From positions 6,400,001 to 6,464,000 of the forward strand of contig OY759599.1 in NCBI GenBank assembly GCA_963662465.1: a stretch of 64,000 nt of DNA, written 5' to 3'. The stretch is from Desulfatiglandales bacterium (GTDB lineage Bacteria > Desulfobacterota > DSM-4660 > Desulfatiglandales > Desulfatiglandaceae). The notes under the pieces are model-generated. The model had not been told where the DNA came from. It saw only the letters and a list, made by a program, of their open reading frames with translations, and did not search any database. This document shows positions 60,049 to 64,000 of this stretch, one piece after another. Every line of letters starts with the position of its first letter. Positions within the stretch are counted from its first letter, which is position 1. Both the position numbers and the translations under genes were made by a program.

Positions 60049-61668
60049 TTACACTCGACTTCGCCTGACCCGCCTGATGGCGGCAACAGAAAGCAGCATG
60101 ACCAGCAGAACCATGCCCCATTCACCAAGGGTGGGAATGGGTTCCGTGGCTATGGCCACCCCGCCCTGATCCAGAATGGGCGGCACCGGGGTGTCATCGC
60201 CCAGGTGTGCTTCGGTCAGCGCGAACGCTGTTCAGTTGGACGGTGACGTCCGGGATGCCCGTTTCACCGTCATCCTGAATCCCGTTGCCGTTTAAATCTT
60301 CGAACACGGTTCCGGTTACGACGCCCCCTACCACGGTGATGTCATGTGTCGCTGACCCCAGGCTCATGCCGCTTTTGCGACTGGCGGTCACGGTCGCGGT
60401 ACCCGCGGCTGTGTCCTTGTAGTAGAATGTACAGGTGCTGTTTCCTTCCGTGATGGTGGTCTCCGAGATCTCCGTGCTTCCAGCGGCGTCCCTGTAAAAG
60501 CGGGCCGTGCCCGTTGAGTTGCTGGTGAGATCAAATACCGTGTCTTCATCCACATTCGCCGCATTGTTATCCGCGTCTTGGCTCGTGAGGGTAAACACCG
60601 TGGAGACCGAACCCGCGGTTACCGTCGCCGGGCCGGTGAGCGCTACCTTTTCAGCGGGAGGGTCGTAAGGGTGCTCATAGGCTCCGATGGTCGATCCGGG
60701 ATCGTGGCGGTTCACGCCCCGCTGGTCCGTGGGGACGGCGGCATCGTACAACCCGTTACCCACGGGAATACCGGTTTCGGCCAGAATGGCCAGGGTTTCT
60801 GTGGGGCCGCCGTTGTCGGCCAGGGTATCGGAAAGGTTCAGATTCTGGCGGTCAAGGACCACGCCACGCCGGGTCCAGGTGGTTTCGGTGGTGCTTGCCG
60901 TGTTGTATTTGGTGTTATACACGATTGTGTCGGCATGGTTGAAACCGCCGGCGGCATTGGCGGGGGTGTTGGAATATGCCACCCCGTTGGTTCCGTTATC
61001 CGTCAAAGTCCCCGACGCACGAAAATAATCATCATTTGTCGGCGCCATACCGCAGGCATTGTTTGCCACCAGGCTGTTTTGGACCGTCAAAGTTCCGCCG
61101 TTCAAATAAATGCCGCCGCCGTCACCCCCCCCAAATCCTCGCTGTCACACTGATTTTCGGCGACCGTACCGTAGTGGAGGGTAACGGAAGCGCCGCCATC
61201 CGTTGAAATCCCACCGCCGTTACCGATGGAAAAATTGCCGGCAAGGGTGCAATTGGTCACGGTCGCCGTGCCGGTTACATGAAGGCCGCCTCCCGCGCTT
61301 TCTGCGGCGTTCCCGGACAGGGTCGAGCGGGTCAGGACCACCCCGTCGGCACCGGCAAAAATGCCGCCGCCGTTACGCGCTCTTGAATCTGAAACGGTCA
61401 CTGAATCGAGGTTGACCGTGGCGCCCCTGCCCACATAAATGGTGCCGCCGTCGGGGGCGCCGAGACCGGTAATGTCCCCGCCTTTGAGGGTCATATTGGA
61501 AATATTGACGGTCTTTCCAGATGCATCCATTTCACCGCCGCCACCGGGGCTGTTGTCGGTGTTCAGGGTCACCACCTGATCGGCGGCCCGGACTTCGGAA
61601 AAAAAGAAGCAGAAGAAAAACAGAACAATGGGGAAAACAACCGCTTTGGGGAAATGAAGATGTGTCAT
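60049..61668 (-). pseudogene. Fragmented IPTL-CTERM surface protein (beta-helix/choice-of-anchor Q, Ig-like, SdrD B-like)
   Basis: Signal peptide from ATG 61668; GGGI repeats; frameshift at G8 (61125-61132); LADNGGPTET..TDQRG..IGAYE; GTVFEDLNGNGIQD; out-of-frame tail EPIPTLGEWGMVLLVMLLSVAAIRRVRRSRV*. Confidence 0.85.
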
Positions 61669-62163
61669 GAGAAGACTCCTTCGAATGCAGATACCGTACG
61701 CCATTTGAAATTCAGCCGCATGAAAAATCGCTGGAACATGAGGATTCGATACAACTTTTGCAACTTAATCGAAAGTAGCCATATTTCGACATGTAAAATA
61801 TGTCAACCCTAAAATCACGATACGAAAACTCCGACATAAGGAAGAGCGTACTCGCTTTTGATCCGGTGGATCGGTATATAAGAGGTGTGGTTTGTTCGTA
61901 ATGATTCCAAGTTCTTAGATGATATTTTTTTCGATTCTTATGTCGGAGTTTTAGTCACAATAGCTACATTTCTTGAGGTCCCGGCAACAAAAATCCCTGA
62001 TCTGGAAGAACCTGCCGTGCCCAACCTCCACTGGAGAGTTGACAAAGTCTCTGATTTTGTTTACATTCAAAAAAGTCAAAAAGAAATGGATGCGATTTTT
62101 TTGCGACCGATTTTTAAACAGGCTCTAAACCGGGAATCTGTAAACCGCGAAAGGATTTCGACT

Positions 62164-63528
62164 ATGTCTGATTTTTCCCAAAATAACAGCAAAGTCACCT
62201 CGTTTCATATTCTTCGCCAGGACCGGGAACACCTGAGAAAGCAGCTGACGCTGCATTCCAGATGGCAAAAGACGATTCTGATTCTACCGCTTCTGGCCAG
62301 CGAATATACCGATCCCGCCAACCATCCGGTTTTTGAAAATATCCTAAACCAGCTCAAAGATGTTACCTACGTCTCCACCATTATCTTCGGCCTCGACAGG
62401 GCCACGGAGGAAGAGGCATTTTTATTGCGGGACCTCCTGAATAATGCCGGTATCCAGAATTATATGATCCAGTGGAATGACGGTCCGGGGTTTCGGGGTA
62501 TTTATGACAGGCTGAACGAGGCCGGATTTAATATCAGTGAGCCGGGCAAGGGGAAAAACATGTTCCTGAGTTTCGGGATCGCCATGGCCCTGGGTGGGGA
62601 AACCATAGGTCTCATTGATGCGGATATCCGAACCTTTGAACGGGTGCAACTGGATCGGCTCTTTTACCCGGTGGTGGCTCTGAACTACGATTTTTCCAAG
62701 GCCTATTATTCCCGAATCAAGGATAACCAGCTCTACGGTCGGGTCAAGCGACTTCTTCTTGACCCCCTTCTCATCGCCCTGAAGCGGAAATTCTCCGAAA
62801 CCAGAGATCAGAAAATGCTGAATCTCATCGAGTTTCTTTTGAGTTTCAAGTATCAGCTCAGCGGCGAGGTGGCCTTTCATGTGGATCTGCTGAAGAAGAT
62901 GCGGTTTGCTACCAACTGGGGCGTGGAGATTTTTACCCTCATCGAAGTGTATCGAAAAGCCTCGTCGCCCGCCCAGGTCATGTTCACCCAGGAACCTTTC
63001 GACCATAAGCACCAGGATGTTTCTCCGCAAGACCGCACCAAGGGCCTTAACCGAATGGCCATTGACATTGTTACCACCCTGATGAATGCCCTGATCATCG
63101 AAGAGGGCCTGGAGATTTCGGATACTTTTTTCAGGGACCTGACCGTGACCTACCAGGCCGTTGCGGAAGGGCAGGTTAAAAAATATTCCGATGATGCAGA
63201 TTTCAGTGGTTTGACATACGATCGTGATAAGGAAGAATTCCTGGTCAGGGAGGTCTTTAGTCATTGTATTCTCGAAGCGGGGGATGTGCTCACCTCACCT
63301 TACCGCATGACGGAGAAATTTTTGCGGTTTGTCAATTCCCACAAGGAATTCGGCGAATTCCTTAACAAGGGGTTGGCCCAGACTATTTTGCAGGTGGAAC
63401 AGAAAAACGAAAGACGGCTCTTTGAGACGCCTCAAACGGTTTCCTGGGAACGGGTGAGCAACAAGCTGCCGCGCATCTTTTATGATTTGATCGAAGTGGT
63501 GGAAAACGAGAAAAGACGTTTTTCCTGA
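62164..63528 (+). CDS. Glucosyl-3-phosphoglycerate synthase-like glycosyltransferase
   Basis: MSDFSQN start, PGKGKNM, IDADI, KAYYSR..LYGRVKRL, YQLSGE, WGVEI, DHKHQ; followed by a cognate phosphatase. Confidence 0.82.
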   Translation: MSDFSQNNSKVTSFHILRQDREHLRKQLTLHSRWQKTILILPLLASEYTDPANHPVFENILNQLKDVTYVSTIIFGLDRATEEEAFLLRDLLNNAGIQNYMIQWNDGPGFRGIYDRLNEAGFNISEPGKGKNMFLSFGIAMALGGETIGLIDADIRTFERVQLDRLFYPVVALNYDFSKAYYSRIKDNQLYGRVKRLLLDPLLIALKRKFSETRDQKMLNLIEFLLSFKYQLSGEVAFHVDLLKKMRFATNWGVEIFTLIEVYRKASSPAQVMFTQEPFDHKHQDVSPQDRTKGLNRMAIDIVTTLMNALIIEEGLEISDTFFRDLTVTYQAVAEGQVKKYSDDADFSGLTYDRDKEEFLVREVFSHCILEAGDVLTSPYRMTEKFLRFVNSHKEFGEFLNKGLAQTILQVEQKNERRLFETPQTVSWERVSNKLPRIFYDLIEVVENEKRRFS

Positions 63529-64000
63529 TGCAAAAGCGGGACAATTCAATGGCTGATTCTTTTTTCATCCGGAATTTTCCTCCGCCATCCCATCTGGTGT
63601 TTACCGATCTGGACGGCACCCTGCTGGATCACCACACCTACGGCTGGAAAGAGGCTCTTCCGGCCCTTGAACATTGTCGAAGGACCGGCGTGCCGGTGAT
63701 CCTGGTTTCCAGTAAAACCAGGGCTGAGATGGATGTATTACGCCATGAATTGCGCCTTTCAGCGCCCTTTGTTTCTGAAAATGGCGGGGGCGTCTTTTTT
63801 CCGAGGGAAACTTTTAGCGAAGCGCCGGCCGGTTCATTTCCATCTGAAACCCAGGGGTTAGAGGCCTTAAAGAATACGGCTGCATGCCTAGTCCCCGCAT
63901 CGGAAGGTCTCTGGCAGTGGTCTCTGGGCGTTCCCTACGCCCATTTGATTCGCGCATTGAGTGATATTCGAAAAAGCCTGGGCTTGTCCATCAAGGGTTT
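63528..64000 (+). CDS. HAD-IIB mannosyl/glucosyl-3-phosphoglycerate phosphatase (runs off window)
   Basis: TGATG overlap; VFTDLDGTLLD, SSKTRAE, PFVSENGGG. Confidence 0.88.
   Translation, partial: MQKRDNSMADSFFIRNFPPPSHLVFTDLDGTLLDHHTYGWKEALPALEHCRRTGVPVILVSSKTRAEMDVLRHELRLSAPFVSENGGGVFFPRETFSEAPAGSFPSETQGLEALKNTAACLVPASEGLWQWSLGVPYAHLIRALSDIRKSLGLSIKG

Overview
Bacterial chromosomal window; gene content suggests a Desulfobacterota (deltaproteobacterial) anaerobe (inference). 1-15.5 kb is housekeeping: a DUF362 Fe-S protein, rhodanese, trxA-trxB-bamD, a larC-pgpA-cinA-thpR-recA-alaS run, a CCG-domain Fe-S oxidoreductase and clpB. 15.5-57.7 kb is a large Wzx/Wzy-type exopolysaccharide locus: two priming sugar transferases, six glycosyltransferases, flippase, polymerase, many decorating enzymes, and a divergent SPOR-fused OPX/SLBB exporter plus a beta-barrel. 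The gaps between core EPS genes hold small co-oriented accessory modules. In five toxin-antitoxin-type modules the toxin is truncated or internally deleted while the antitoxin ORF survives. Two four-helix-bundle (IVP/Avd-like) genes are each enclosed by inverted arms of 7-nt tandem repeats, and similar arms occur elsewhere with no gene between them. There are also two MITE-like insertions with flanking duplications, a REP doublet, and IS5 and IS21 remnants. 58-64 kb holds an HD protein, a broken IPTL-CTERM surface protein gene and a glucosyl/mannosyl-3-phosphoglycerate synthase-phosphatase pair. No rRNA, tRNA or CRISPR array was recognised. All family calls come from motif recognition by eye, not database searches.
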